Assembly (NCBI GenBank): GCA_030141605.1
Contig: JAQGDQ010000046.1
Coordinates: 186,001-250,000 of the forward strand
DNA: 64,000 nucleotides
From: Tubiluchus corallicola
Lineage: Eukaryota; Animalia; Priapulida
Direction: 5' to 3'
Shown here: piece by piece, positions 1-14,105 of the stretch
How the letters are laid out: each line of letters starts with the position of its first letter
Numbering within the stretch: position 1 is the first letter of the stretch
Made by a program: the position numbers and the translations under genes
The notes under the pieces: model-generated
What the model saw: only the letters and a program-made list of their open reading frames with translations
Told to the model about the DNA's origin: nothing
Database searches by the model: none

Positions 1-63
1 CGGAGTCAGATTCGAACTGAGAGCCTTTGCATTAAACGTGCAATGTCATGATCCCTAAATCAC
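1..63 (-). mobile_element. tRNA-derived SINE head / tRNA-like relic (truncated by window edge)
   Basis: Minus strand reads ...TTGCA CGTTTAA TGCAA (anticodon-like stem-loop) AGGCTCTCA GTTCGAATC (Pol III B box). The A box is degenerate and there is no intact acceptor stem. Confidence 0.45.
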
Positions 64-3000
64 ATTTCTCATCAGACACCTGGCAGGTATTAGTTCTGTT
101 TTAGCAGCTTACCCAACGAAAGAAGCAATAGAACAAGTGTTAGTTTACTTATGATAGTTAGAGTAATAATCAGTAATTATACTAATTTAATTTTATGAAA
201 TCGATTTAAAGCCTGAACTATCTGTAGGTGGTAAGCTCTTAGGATGCAGACAATAGAGGTCTATTTGATCGCATATGTAATAAAAATTGCAAACAAGTTT
301 ATAATTACCAACTGAAAAAAGGTGCAATAAATTATTCCAAAAATAAGTGACTTGCAACCTTATGCCAATATATATAGGGCTGTACAATAAATAAACACGT
401 TTTTGACATTCTATAATAATGCTTATTTATAATTATCTTATAAAATAGATGTCATTTAGAGTACGTCTAAGAGTTGCAAATTGCTAAAAGAAAAGCCCAC
501 CAGTCTAACAAATTTGATAATATAATATAGATAGTTGGATACCAATTAGATATCTCAAAACTTTGTAAATCATCATGACATTTACATTTTAAAACACATA
601 GATAACATTTTTTAAAACACAGTGTGGTGCACATTTATAATTCCCATATTACTAAGCTAACTAGCTGCGGACAGCTTTTATTCATAGAGTTATAAGCTAT
701 GTTTGTATGTCACAGTAAGTCAGTAACAAAGGTTACTAAACGATGCACAATGCCAGAGTCAATGTTATTTACTGCAGGCAATATAAACTGTCGCTGGCAT
801 GACGGCCAGCAATCACGCAAACATTTGTCTGCTAGTAGTTTAATTAAAAACATAAGAACAAACCAAAAATACTCGTAAAAAATAAGAACAAAAATTTTAA
901 TATTCCAATGAATACTAGACATTTAAAGTAAAGCCCAATTAAAAGACACTATAACAATAATATAAAATTTAACAAGGTAGTAGATAAAAATTGAATGAAA
1001 ATGTAGTGACAGAAGCCCTTACATTACTTATAATTGAACAGAAATTTATTTTTTCCTCAAATTTACAGATGTTCAGTAAGTAACCACTTCCAGTCTGCTA
1101 GGGTGCAATAGATGAATAGAATACAGTAAATGTAAATAGGGCCTAATTCCTAGTACTAAATGAAAAGGAGAGAGGATAGCGAGCCAGCCAAAATGTCATC
1201 AAGTCAGCCATTCTTTTAATATGTTAAAATAGTAAATGATCACAGGCAGCACAAGGGAGTAATGAGGTGCAGACAATAATAGTACTATGTCAGCCTTAGG
1301 TTCGTGTAAATGTATTATGCATTACATTACGACAGTAAGCATTTTGACATTTGGCACACTCAACAATAACTGTCCAATCGATCTTTACAGCGAGCTACCA
1401 ATTTCAAATAGCTCGAGTTTAGTGGCATGGTTTTGGTATAACATTCTAATTTTAATTACAAACTTACACAAGACACAGCTTAAACTACAAAGAAATGACA
1501 CCCCGTGTTCAGTTTACTATTCACAAATGATTGATAATACGCCATCAATAACTATTACATTATATTGACTCACCTAAATTACTCGTATCCCATATAAGTG
1601 GAATTAATTAAAAATGCAATTAGAAATCCAACTTTTGCTCTACCACACAATCCACGTCCACTCGGCTGGTGACTGGCTGACTGCTTTGAACAGAACACTA
1701 AGCGAGTTTCCTGCTGTACATAAACAAAGACCTACTTGAATTCATTTTCGTCGCGTGCTGCCATCTGTCGTTCAGTTTAATATTTAAAATGTTTTTAGTA
1801 GTCAAAACCTTATTAGAGCAAGCAAAATAAAAATTTAATCTATAATACACACATACTGATCAAACGTCAGAATTATATATACAATATTCGGCTGATTCGA
1901 ACAGTAATCAACCTCACATAATCGTCATGTGAAACACGTCCCTAAGTAATCTCTCTTATCATTAAAATTATTAATTTTACAAAATTAATAGACAGTAATT
2001 ATTATTAATGACAATAAGTTCAAAGTTTTCTAATTTCAAACCACGCTTACAAAATCTATTAGATTCAGAAATCTTTCACCTAAATAACGAATTCCCATGA
2101 TACTCAAATTCTCGCTTTCAACGGTAATTCAATGTTATACGTAGCTGTCGTCAGCTAGACGGCCTCCCAAGTTTTCAGTTTTCAAAAAAGTGTCTCAAAA
2201 ATTAGCTGTAAAGTACACTTCAAGTTTTATTTACCACAGCTGTGACCTTGGTAGTTTGACACCCTAAGCAAAAATATTTTAGCGTACCCTCTTCAACAGT
2301 CAACTCCTTCCCTCATGGTCCTCACCATGCTCTATTGAAATTTTCTTGTATAATATTGTAATGTGTGATGGTACTTGTGTGTTACACTATACATTTCTAA
2401 TAACGTACTAATCAAGTACAGTTAATTACCTTTCCACAACTTGGACTGCTTAAATCTGAAATTTGATTTATGATCTTACTGTACGCTTTATGACTTGCTA
2501 GCTTTTTTATCATTTGTTTCCTATATTGCACCCTGATATTGATTTCAATTCTTATGGCAAAAACAGCATAATGCGTCATAAATGTATGCGTGAAGTGACA
2601 ATCTTGGGAAACCAGATGAAGCTAAAGTGTTTGGCTGTGGGAAGACTCTTGATGGCAACAATGAACTATACATTTTGATAGGAAAATAATGCAATTTGTT
2701 TGTTTCACTTAATTAGTATAGTACACTTACAGATTACACATAAACTATGCTACTAGTTATACTAAACTTAAAAATTAAAGAATCGTGTCAGAATTTGGCA
2801 CCATAGGCAACTGCCTAGTTTGCCTTGCGGTAGAGCCAGCCCTGTTTTCCCTTACACATTTTACTCAGTTAGTTCATTCCAACTCGGTATTAGTTCTTAA
2901 TTAAATATATTTTTATGCATTCATTGAAAACTTGTGTACATTATCTAACAGATATTTAATTATTGCCAAGAAGCTTAATAATCACCAGCATACACCTAGT

Positions 3001-3905
3001 ATATCATTTGCATGACAGTCAGAGCTTAATATATATAGTCACAGACTGTTATAGTCATCACATAGTGCACCACATAATGTCCAAAGAAAAGAAATTTTTT
3101 TTATAAAATATAATAAACAAAATTTAACAGAAATCATTCATTATCAAGAGATCTTTCACTGGCATTGCCTTATAATCTTTTTTAATCCCTTTCACATTTT
3201 ATTTATGCTAAAGTGACTCTCACCCATTAATGGTTCTAAAATTCTCTGTGCATTCAATAACAGGAAAATAAGCCAGCAACGAAAATGTAAAACATTAATG
3301 TATGTGCTCACAAATTTTATTCTTTATTAAAAGAATGTTAAAATTTTTTTAACAGGTGAATGCAAAATGTTTGTAATGACTACTGGATGATTATCGGCTG
3401 TGCAAATTCAAACACATTTTTTTATCATTTCAACACATTTCAGGAATATCAATATTTTTCTAACAGTGATAACAGATTATAAATTACTGACTACAGGGCA
3501 ATTTAGTTGCTATAAACAGTAAGTCACAAAGCAAGTGCAAAATCTAAATCACAGAAAGGTATTGCTGGTGGCTTCTACCCTAATGTTTTTTTGATAGGAG
3601 TTACAAATTCCACATCGTCAAACATAGCCATGTTGTGCCTGACCTTTCCGGTAAAGTCACACGAATGTGTACTATCTCACTGAGCTCTAAAAAGAAATTT
3701 TATAACTCTAAAGAACAACAAAATAACTCAAAAAAGAAAAAACTAGTACTATCACTGTCATTGTTATATGACTCAGTAACGACTATATCACTTCACAAAA
3801 CAGCAATGGACAGCCACCATGACAAGAAACGCAATGCGAGTCCTCGATTTCTCCAGCATTACTAAATAATGTTGATCTTCAGAGATTTCTCTGACAATAA
3901 AGCCA

Positions 3906-6900
3906 TCAGCTGGTAATGTCAGAAAAATTAAGAATACTTTTAACAATGTCATTAACTGCCTGTAACGCTTTGGAATTTGGAAAGAAGTGTGCAAGGTTTT
4001 CTCCCCTTTCTAGTGCAGTTGTCAGGTCTGGATCTATAGGGACACAACCTGCAAAAAAACAAAATTATTAATAAGCACATGGTGTTATTCTACAGTTTTT
4101 CACAATAGTAGCATTCTAGTTTAATAGATCACAGAGATCGAATGTGAAGCCAACAAAGAAAATTGCTAGCAGGACAGGGCATTGCAGAAAGTATAATAAC
4201 AATGTTCTGTAATCCAGCAAACTTATAAATTGATAAGTTGTGACTATTCCAAAACCAACTAGTCAATCTACTGACAAGGAAAAAACATTATAATCTGGCA
4301 TCCCTTTAATTAGGTTGCTAAAGCATTGGACTACCACACTGACATTGTTTTAACAGCTGATAAAGGAAAAACAACAGAGGTTTTAAGACACATTCAGACG
4401 TCCAGAAGTACAGGAAACAAAGATGAACTCCAGAGAACAAAATTTTGAGATCACTCAATTGTAACTTCAAATTTAAATAATGCTAAACTTATTCTCTGGC
4501 AATGACAGACTATTTTAACAATGAAATCACAGTCAAAAAGCATGACAATAACAGCAATGGAGAATTGTTTTACAAACTGACTTAAATAATGAGAAAATTA
4601 TGTTTAGCAACCGGAAAGATGCTCGCGGACAAAAGTAATTCAGAAAGTGTTAAATTAGTAAATTTAAAAATAGGTGACAAAAAGTTTGGCAGTGAAAACA
4701 TCACATTGGAAATGACAAGTACTTAAATTTGGTCAACGACATACACTGATTTTTATTAGGCACATTTAAAAGCTCAATGATATACAGTTTTAGATACATA
4801 ATACAAGTTTGCAGAAAAAGTATTATATGATATTAAAATCAATATTTTACCTAAAAATGGAACGCCAACTTGATGTGCTAACGATTCTCCTCCCCCTTTT
4901 GAAAATAAATTAGTGCACTCCTGCAAAAACAAATTGTGAGGTGTGATCAATAGAACGTAGTCAGGGTAAAACGATAACTAACGATAAGATATGCAAATTA
5001 CATTGAAAAGAAAAGTAAAAAAACATACGTGAGTCAAGAGGATTAATTTAGCATTTATTTGGGTTCCAGTTAAAAATGAAGTTCTTAATAGCCAAAGTAA
5101 GCTTCTTTCAAGTTCAAATTTTCCCACTGCAGGACTAGCTTTCATCAAATTCAAATTGTCAAGTTTTTAAGAAAGTCTTTGAGTTATTAAAATTAATTTT
5201 TGAGAAAGGGAAATCTTGTTCTGTATTCAGACACATTTGCTGTCATTTAATTTGTAAAAGCAATTCAACAAATTAAACCAGAAATCAACTAAATTACTCC
5301 AGGTATGAATCATTTCAATAAATTGTGAAAGTTTACATTTTTTCACTTTCTTATTTGAGATTATAGAAATGCTTTATGGACATTCCTTAGGGACTTCAAA
5401 GAAAATAAATTTAAATTTTAAGTTTGCATTTGAAATTAAAACACACTAGTTTAAGTTTGGAGATTTTTCAAGATGGAACTCGACTACACAAAAAAATGGT
5501 TTATCCATACACAAAATAGTACAATACTCAAAGCCAATTGTAAAATTAAACTAATAAATAAATTAGAAAATACATACCGAGCAATGGGGACAAACAAAGC
5601 TGCTCATATTTTCTATAATTCCAATTATTGGTATTTTGGTCTTTCTACAAAATGTCACCTCACGGCGTACGTCACCAACAGCTATAGCCTGGAGAGAAAT
5701 AAAAAAATGTTAACATTTTTATAATCATACGTTTACAGAAAAAGCCATTAGCTAAAGGTGAAAGAAAACAACTCAACATTCAACTTCCTATTAATCATGA
5801 CTGCCATCAGTTATATGACAAAATTGTATTGCTTCTAGTTGATCGTGCAACTAAAAAAGTGAAACCTGTGGAGTTGTCACCAAAACAGCGCCATCTACAT
5901 TTGTAAACCGACGTAGGTTCTCCATCACAGTGATATGTTCATCGGAAGTACCGGGTGGAGTGTCAATAATGAGGTAATCTCTGTCAAACCAGTGTACATC
6001 ATCAATGAACTGTTTTATCATAGCTGAAAGAAAATCAGTTAGGAAAATCAAGAAAAGAAAACATCAAGTCAACAACATTGTTACCAATAAAATATTCAGC
6101 AGATTTAACATGTAAAACTTAATTCCTGAACAAGGATAGCATTTCAAAACAAAGACACATAAGATATTACTGGCACGTTTAACTGGACAGTTATGCAGAC
6201 AGCTTACTGAAGAAACTAAAAACACATCCATCTATTTCCTAACTACTGTTTCTGTCATCACGTATGCCTTACTTGTTTTCCTTTGTTGTAAACAGCTAAA
6301 TTTCTAATTAATGGATTTTAATATTGTTAGTATTTTTGACACACAGAAAATTGCGAGTTCAAGTCTTGGGACAGGGCTGTGAAAAGATTAGTTACGTACC
6401 ATTTTTCTTGGGTCCTCGCCATACCACAGCATCATCCTGATGGTTTAGAAGAAATCCGATTGACATGACAGCTAGCCGTTGCTCTTTATCCACAAACACT
6501 GGCACCCAACTAAAAATAAAACAGATCTAACTTCCACACCTTTAAAACATTTTACTAAACAGCCTAAACATTCAAACTGTTTCCCTAGAATTTTGTCAGT
6601 TCTAAGGAAAATTTGTTACCGTATGTAGTGGTTTTAGGCAGTGGTACTTGTTACTTTTTAACTTACAAATAAACCTTTGTTGAATCACCATATCAATGAG
6701 TATAACATACTTAACAATGGCATACTTTTCTTAAATATACCACTTATGAAACTGGCAGATGGTCATATAAAGTCTCAAGTGGTGTTTACCTTGGTATCCG
6801 GAATGTGTTATGCGTTATGCACCTACCTGTGGAATAGCAGTGTGTAAAAAATCAATAGGAAATAGCTGCAGAAAAAATAACACATAACCCAGGTCTAGTA

Positions 6901-9900
6901 AATGGGAGCATTGAAAACAATATAAACATTGAAAACAATCTATTCTGCATCTGCATAACACATAAGCATTCAGGATGCCAGGTAAATGCCTGTGACGCAT
7001 ACTGTAGATGGAAGTACGCTGTACAGCAAACTGCACAAATTGTAGAAACACTGTCAATACAATACAATGCATGCTTTCTTACATTAACATACTTCTTTAC
7101 ATCAAGGTACAGTACAGCATTTCATAAACACATATGCTTGCATGTTGATCTGATTGCGAAATGAGTTGTATATATTGCTAAATGGTATATGCACAACTGG
7201 CTAGTTTGACGGTTTATACTTGCCCTTCAGCACACTGATGAATATCATGCCCTTGTAAATTTAGCATTTTGGGAATGCTTGGGCCACAAAGGTCAACATC
7301 GAGAATTCCAACCTGAAACAAGAAACAAAACAGAAGTGCAAATACAAAACATAACAGCAAGATAAACATGCACTCAAATTGCACACACTTGGCCTGGAGA
7401 CAGTATTGTTTTGTCCCGTGTATCCACCATGTTGTTCTGTTTACAATTACGTAATTTAGTTCCTCAACCTGTAATCAGTTACATTAGACTTGCAAATAAT
7501 TTCATGCACAACAAACAATGGATGATTGCCATATCAGATTAATATTACTTGGAATGGTGTGTTCAGAAATATCACTTCGTAAACAAGGCTTTGAAACTCG
7601 ACTCACAAAAATTTAACTTGCATTACATAAAGTTATGGTCATGTGAGAAAAAAACTGCCCACTGTTAGAGACTAGGTGAGTTATCAGAAAAGTGAAACAT
7701 TTCTAAAGGTTGGCAACATGGCCAGTTTTATTAAATTGATTATGTTGAATCGAAAAGAAAAACTGCTACAAACCTGAAATTGGCAGAAAAGGAACAAAAA
7801 TGCAAAAACAAAATGGCTACGAAGTTTTCCACAAACTATACGATTCAAAAGAAATTCCTAGAAAATTAACCTTAAGAGGTGATTACAACATCTACTCCAG
7901 AGTAATTTGACCTAACGAAAAGTGACCCGTTTTCAAAATGTCTGCCACGCAAAATGAAACTATGCCAAACAAGCAATTATATTAGCCACTGCTTCACCTA
8001 GGCACATACTTACTTGGTTAGTTAATTTTATTGACCACAGGCTAGTAGGTCCAACAATAGCATAACAAAAGAATAATAATTGACTCAAATGCATAATAGG
8101 CACACAATCTAACTTAACACAATGTCAAAACAAAATACTTATAAAAGTTAAGTATAGACATACTATATAAATCAGAGGCTTCAAGTCGAGTATTCATATT
8201 TTCATAATGCATTTTGTGTTAATTGACAAATAATTTTTGGATCTAAATTCCGTAAAGCATCAACATTAATAATTGTCTGACTTATGTATTTAATACGTAA
8301 ATTCTCAGTTACTGCACAATTAGTTATACATCAATGTTTTTCAGTTTGAACACTTAGACTGCACTCACAAAGTTATAGGTCGCGGTCAACACATAAGCAA
8401 TGCCCAGTTTCAACTCCCAAGTAATGTGAAATGTGTCTCATGCCAGAAAAAGATATACATGTATGTTCAGAAATACTCTTACTACTATAGACTGAGTGGA
8501 AACTTCAATTTGGATTTAATTCAGTTCTATAAGTAACACTTTTTGTTTTATCTGGTAACAATATACGTACTTTGATTTTCTGTGCTCATACATGTATTAT
8601 AAAAAGCAAAGCAAATTTTTGTACTAATTCGAACTCGCTGGATCTAAACAGCTGCTACTAGTTCCCTCAAAAAGAAACAAAATGAAGACCCAGTTCCCTA
8701 AGATCACATACCGTAGCAGAATGGTAAACCAGGATTTACAATATACCTTTTTGAGTTTGTCTTGCAATCCCAGTGCTAGCTGTACAGCAATGGTGCTCTT
8801 TCCTACGCCACCCTTTCCAGACAGTATTAAAATCACATGCTTAATAGTAGAAAACTGGACAGATTCTGATTCTGAAAAATGATGCAAGACTCAGTAATCA
8901 CAGTTTACAGCTATTATAAAATTTTATAACCTATGCAATATACACACAATGCACTATCACTTGAATTGACCTTCATTTTAGAAATCAGAAGAAACTCTGC
9001 AGCTTATTTGCCTGTGGCTTTACAGTTAAATTAGTATTACAGAAAAGATTCTAAATTAATGAATTATCATCATCATATGCCCATTATGTAAATTGTAGAC
9101 ATCGGGCAGGCAGAATTCTAAAATAAAAGAAATCCACCCTCAAGACAGGTGTGGTGTTTTTGCCTTGGTTAAAACCCACTTAACCTTTGCTACAACAAAT
9201 GATGCCTTCGCTGGGAGCAGACGTGCTTGTTTGCGAAAACTAACTATACGTATAACCGATGAAGGCGCGCAACAAGAAAATCATGCCAATTGAGAGTCGT
9301 TGGGATGCTCGATATACAAATTAATTTACCGAAGATTATTTTTAGTTGAGCTTAAACATTTGTTATTATTTGTTAGCTGCAAAATAATTAGAAGAAAGTA
9401 GATGACAAAGTAAACTGTAAAATAAGCAATTTAGTAGCTTATTAAAAAGATGCCAATGAAAATAAGTAGCAGTTGCTTGAAACCCTCATTTGACATGCAG
9501 TATGGTATCACCTGGCAAAGCGCATGCGCTGAGCACCGCGTTTGTGTATAAAGCAAGTGTTTTAGCCGAGATCAATGCATTCACTGCCCTGCTGAGAGAA
9601 AAGCAGAGAAAAACAAAAACCTGCAGTAAAGGTGAGAAATTAAAACTCAAACTTCCAAATTGAAGGATGAAATAACTCAAATTGCCTCAGTCACATGAAC
9701 TTGTGACTGAATTAAGGCAGAGATGTACAAATATTTATCTGACAAATTGAACAGCCCACTTCATTCTGAAATAGAATGATACAACCTTAAATTAAAAATG
9801 TGTCAATTTCAATACTCAGTTTTAAGTTTGCTCCGAATAATAAAGTTGACTCCTACTTTATGGAATGTTTACTATCACTTTATTGTATCTGATTTATGAT

Positions 9901-10224
9901 TAGAAAAAACTGGTTAAACTTAATTTCTTTGTTTGCATTTTCTTTCCACATGTTCAATTTAATCCAATTTGGTACACACACGCAGAAATGGAACCAAACT
10001 TTATACCTACACTATTATTTTAGTGAGGTTAATGTACTGTGGTGCACACAATTCATTCCCCTAGACAACAAAAATGTTAATAATGCCAAACAGTGCAAAC
10101 CACATTACACAGGTAAACACAGCATTAATCTAGTAAAAAACTCGACATTGCTATATGCCAGTGACTTGTCAACATAACCATGATAAACACGTGAAATATA
10201 TTACGTACCAAAGGGCGCAGACAT
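3906..10224 (-). CDS. NUBP2: Cytosolic Fe-S cluster assembly factor NUBP2/CFD1 (Mrp/NBP35 P-loop NTPase), 8 coding exons
   Basis: Exons 10209-10224 (MSAPF), 8747-8871 ([12 protein letters not shown] Walker A), 7224-7312 ([14 protein letters not shown]), 6400-6509 ([17 protein letters not shown]), 5866-6023 ([20 protein letters not shown]), 5578-5688 ([14 protein letters not shown]), 4851-4920 ([15 protein letters not shown]), 3906-4048 (GCVPIDP..stop TGA). All phases join. There is no N-terminal Cys-rich extension, so NUBP2 rather than NUBP1. The first coding exon is the least certain. Confidence 0.95.
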
Positions 10225-10453
10225 CTTTGCTTTCCCAGAATGCCAAATACCAAATTACAGTATCTGCAAAATCAAGGATAGGATAAAAGCCCATGTATCA
10301 CACAATCAAATTCAATTAAATTTATTTATTTCTTTATTGTTTCTGAAAGAAAATTCAACGATCTGGCAACAATAGAATCAACTCTTTGGTACACATCTTC
10401 TTATAATGTGGATTCCATAATTGTAAACAATACAGAAAATATAGACTAATCGA

Positions 10454-10840
10454 TCGGGGTGAGCAATCTCTACCAGAAAGTGAATTTGAATCGAACCTAA
10501 CTTCACTGTTTCGAATTTGAATAATCGAATAAATTCGAAAGATTTGCGAACAAGTTTTCGAACCCCCGGTAAAAATTAGTCTTACAAAGATCATGCATAT
10601 TACTTGATTTTGTTCTACCAATAAAACCTCTAATAATTTGTTTAAAATTGTGCACAGAAATCAAAGCTAAATTATGCTAATTGCATGATATTTTAATAGT
10701 TTTAATGATAAAGAATATATGTGATTGAAGTGCTGAATTATTCGAATCTATAATTTTAGGTTCGAATAGAATTCGAACTAAAATAACTCCTTCAAATTCG
10801 ATTCGAACCTTCGAACTAGAAAGTTTGATGCTCACTCCTA
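10454..10840. mobile_element. hAT-like MITE
   Basis: 12-bp TIRs TCGGGGTGAGCA / TGCTCACTCCTA (2 mismatches), 8-bp TSD CTAATCGA (10446-10453) / CTAATCAA (10841-10848), many subterminal TTCGAA motifs. Confidence 0.8.
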
Positions 10841-11268
10841 CTAATCAATTAAGTAATTATAGTAACATTAACAAGAGGTCTTTATATATTTCTAAGATGT
10901 ACTCATAATCATGTATAAAAAACTTGTATAATTACTTTTTTTAGCTGATTCACACACTGCTGATCTCAGATTTTATTATATTGTGAGGGCTATTCTTCAA
11001 ATTTATTTTATATGAATTATCAACTTATATTCATACCACAATTTCATTAAAAATTTTCAAATCTGCAATGTATCACATTTGCCAACAGTAAACAGCACTT
11101 CCCAATCATTGCTCACTCCCATAATCGTTAAATATTTTTCTATGAAGTTGGTGACATTGTTAAAGAGTATTTAGACTGCAAATTACCTCTTTATCAGTAT
11201 CATCAATGAAAATAAGGCAAAACGAAGCCCCAAGCAATAGTCCCTATTTTTAATTAATAACTATTTCA

Positions 11269-11310
<42 letters not shown>
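11269..11310. repeat. (ATT)14 microsatellite
   Basis: Directly visible. Confidence 0.95.
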
Positions 11311-11312
<2 letters not shown>

Positions 11313-11500
11313 TAATGTCGGTATAGGATTTGACATCGATAAAACTTAGTATTAGCGCAATGTACGGACTTCGTCTGTGTATAAGTGCTCATAACCAGGG
11401 CTGAATCTCACAATCATCTGTATCAGTGCAGGCAGTAGTTATAATGCTGAATCACTTGTGGTGTCTTAGTCTTCTTGTATTTAATAGTCTATGGCTATAA

Positions 11501-12143
11501 TAGTGTTGTCTGAGCCCGAAAAAAATCGATGTGAACCGAGCCGAACCGAATCAATACCAAACCGGCACCGATTTTTTTATTATCCTCAAAAACCAATACT
11601 GAAACATCACTGATATTTTTATTTTCCTTGAAACTCATATCGAACCAATACTGATCCCGTGTTTTTGAACATCAGTATTGATTTCCTAGAAATCGATACT
11701 GATTAACTGATCAGTAATCATCCGAAGATTAAGATAGCTAGGACATCTTCTAAGATTACCAAATGAAACACCAGCAAGAATCGCCTTAAAATCTTGCAAA
11801 AAAACAAGGTAAACCTGAAACTTGGATAGCGAAGTGTTTTTCAAATTTGAGATGCTTACTTATCTTTACATTTAATCCTTCTTGCAGCTACTGCTGGAAG
11901 CTCGAATAACATATTATATTATTAAATTATCAAGTAATTATGCAATGTGAAACATTCACAGTTTGCTCTGAAATGTGTATACACGACACCAGTGTTGTTC
12001 TGAACCAATGCCAATTTTTTGTTTTGTTTGAAACTGATACTGACCGTTACAAATTATTTTATTTTCCTTGAAACCGATACCGAGCTAATACCAATCCTGC
12101 GTTTTTCACAAAAATCTGCAACCAATCTATTGGAACAACACTG
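11501..12143. mobile_element. Degenerate hAT-like MITE(s) with (C/T)AGTGTTG ends and AACCGA/ATACCGA subterminal repeats
   Basis: TAGTGTTGTC at 11501, internal CAGTGTTGTTC at 11990, inverted GAACAACACTG ending 12143, repeated AACCGA/ACCAATAC motifs. No TSD recognised. Confidence 0.5.
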
Positions 12144-12604
12144 GTGTTTTGTTGTTGTAGCTACAATAAATAATATACTTTTTTTTCTTTTAATAACTGT
12201 ACTCAATTTATGACTGTATTATGAATATGAATGATTATTATAATTTATATATATTACTTACATGAATAGTTGTTGTAAAAAATCTGCATTTTAATCTTTT
12301 ATGCAATTTTTTACATTTTCGACTGAATTATTTTAGTACACAGTGGTTAACTGAATTAATTGCATTTTAGAGCTTAAATCCTCCCAAGAAATAAATGTTG
12401 ATGAAACCTAGTTTTTCTTTTTGGGGCTATTGTTATCTTTCCGAACCAGAATGATTAGCATATGTCAACAAATGTTTACAAAATCTAGTAAACCTTGCCA
12501 ATCATAAACTTAAATCAAGCAAAAATTCGGATTGTTGGCTTTCTTTAAACAAAACGAAATCCTAATGACCAATTTTGCGACCAGTCAATCATACAAGAAC
12601 GCAC

Positions 12605-12763
<159 letters not shown>

Positions 12764-12799
12764 ATACAGTACTGTTTTTTGGTGTCATTTCTAAGTTTT

Positions 12800-13030
12800 A
12801 TAAATTAATGCAGCAGTCGTGGAGACTGCGTGAAATGTTAATTTTATTTCATTTCAAGTTGTTTTATTATTTAAACTAATTGCGATCAGTTATGTTCCCG
12901 ATGCACGTTTTTTTGTTTCCACTTTTCTTTCCCGTTTCCGTCAATCGGAAAGTTGGCAACACGGCTTTTTAACACTTAATTTGTTACTGCACTTTTTCGT
13001 GAAAGTTTTGATTTTTAAGCCTTAAGGTAA
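12800..13030. promoter_or_regulatory. Probable shared promoter of NUBP2 (-) and TMEM165 (+), with first non-coding TMEM165 exon ending at 13026
   Basis: Local CpG enrichment, ETS-like TTCCG/CGGAA, GTTGGCAAC motif at 12952-12960 and a strong donor AAG|GTAATG at 13026/13027. Both ATG-bearing exons are preceded by acceptors (10264-10265 on minus, 16103-16104 on plus), implying upstream UTR exons. Confidence 0.45.
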
Positions 13031-13525
13031 TGCTCTGCTTTCGCAATGTTATTGTTCTCCAGTAAGTATTTTGCTCAAAAAGCTAATCTAAGCAGATCAA
13101 TTTATTGTTTTTTCACCGTCCCTGCGCATAATTTTAGTGACAACTAAACTGTGGATACACACAAGACTAAACCGCATAGCTGGTCGCCCAAATTTGTAAT
13201 AAATAGTTTGTATAAAATTTACACCGGCATCTCTGTACCTTGGATTACTTGAATATCAATTTTGGGTCTACCAAATAGCAGGTTTAGCTCAAGCGTTATT
13301 TCTCATTTTTTTCAAATAAACAATTTTGAATCATTCCTTAATAATAAAATTAAGTTAATCTATAGGGCCGGTCACAAAACTTTTGTTCCTGTCTTACCTT
13401 TTGAATTAAAAAATGTCAATAATAAAAGAGAAAAATTTTTGTAGCTGTGCGAATTTTAAAAGTGAAATGCAGAATATTTAAATTCATTTCTAAAACATCA
13501 TTAAATTCGTATTTTATTACATATA

Positions 13526-14105
13526 CACTCATATCTCGGTTTGCCAGATAAAAGTGGGTAGATGTAGGTCCGAATTTGCCGATTGTCCGTATTTACCGAT
13601 ACTGAGTTAGTACAGTAGGCGCCGTGTATTAGACTCACGGTAATGTAGAATCAATTACCTAATTGTTTCTAGTACGGGCCGCTTTTATGCAAAAGTATAT
13701 AAAAACTGTCGGCAGTTGACTCAAATAACTCCGCATAATTGACTCTATTTTTATATGTAGTAGTAGTAGCAGTAGTAATAAATATAACTTTTGTGATAAA
13801 TAGTTTTTCCACTCTAATTGCAACAAATTCAACATAATATATATATTAGATTATCATCAACACCTAGGTGGCTCCACTGACAGGTTTTCTTACTATAATA
13901 TGTAATCTCACATGTAATATAGAGATATACACGTGGTTACACTGGTGTAGTGATGTAAACGAAGTGACGCCCCCCAGCTAGCTGTCAGCATTCGAAACAA
14001 TGGACTGTGTCCTTAGTATGTGGGACTTTTTCACTATCCAGATTTTTAACGTCCGATTCTTCCAATATCTGTAAAAGCGAGGCCCGGCAAACCGAGATAT
14101 GAATG
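13526..14105. mobile_element. Tc1/mariner (pogo/Tigger-like) MITE with a nested fragment of a second family
   Basis: TIRs CACTCATATCTCGGTTTGCC / GGCAAACCGAGATATGAATG, TA on both sides. The internal TA-CAGTAGGCGCCG... at 13611 matches the left end of the 17756 element. Confidence 0.8.

Noticed and set aside
1-63. Functional tRNA gene
   Set aside because: No acceptor or D-stem pairing, so it is treated as a SINE head or relic.
1755-1772. CTCF-like motifs (also ~13861 and ~28008)
   Set aside because: Partial matches only, some inside MITEs. Not supportable without ChIP data.
9200-9270. Hammerhead-like arrangement (GCCTTC..CTGGGAG-stem-GAAA..GAAGGC)
   Set aside because: The core is CUGGGAG rather than CUGANGA, and no valid stem III/NUH site could be built.
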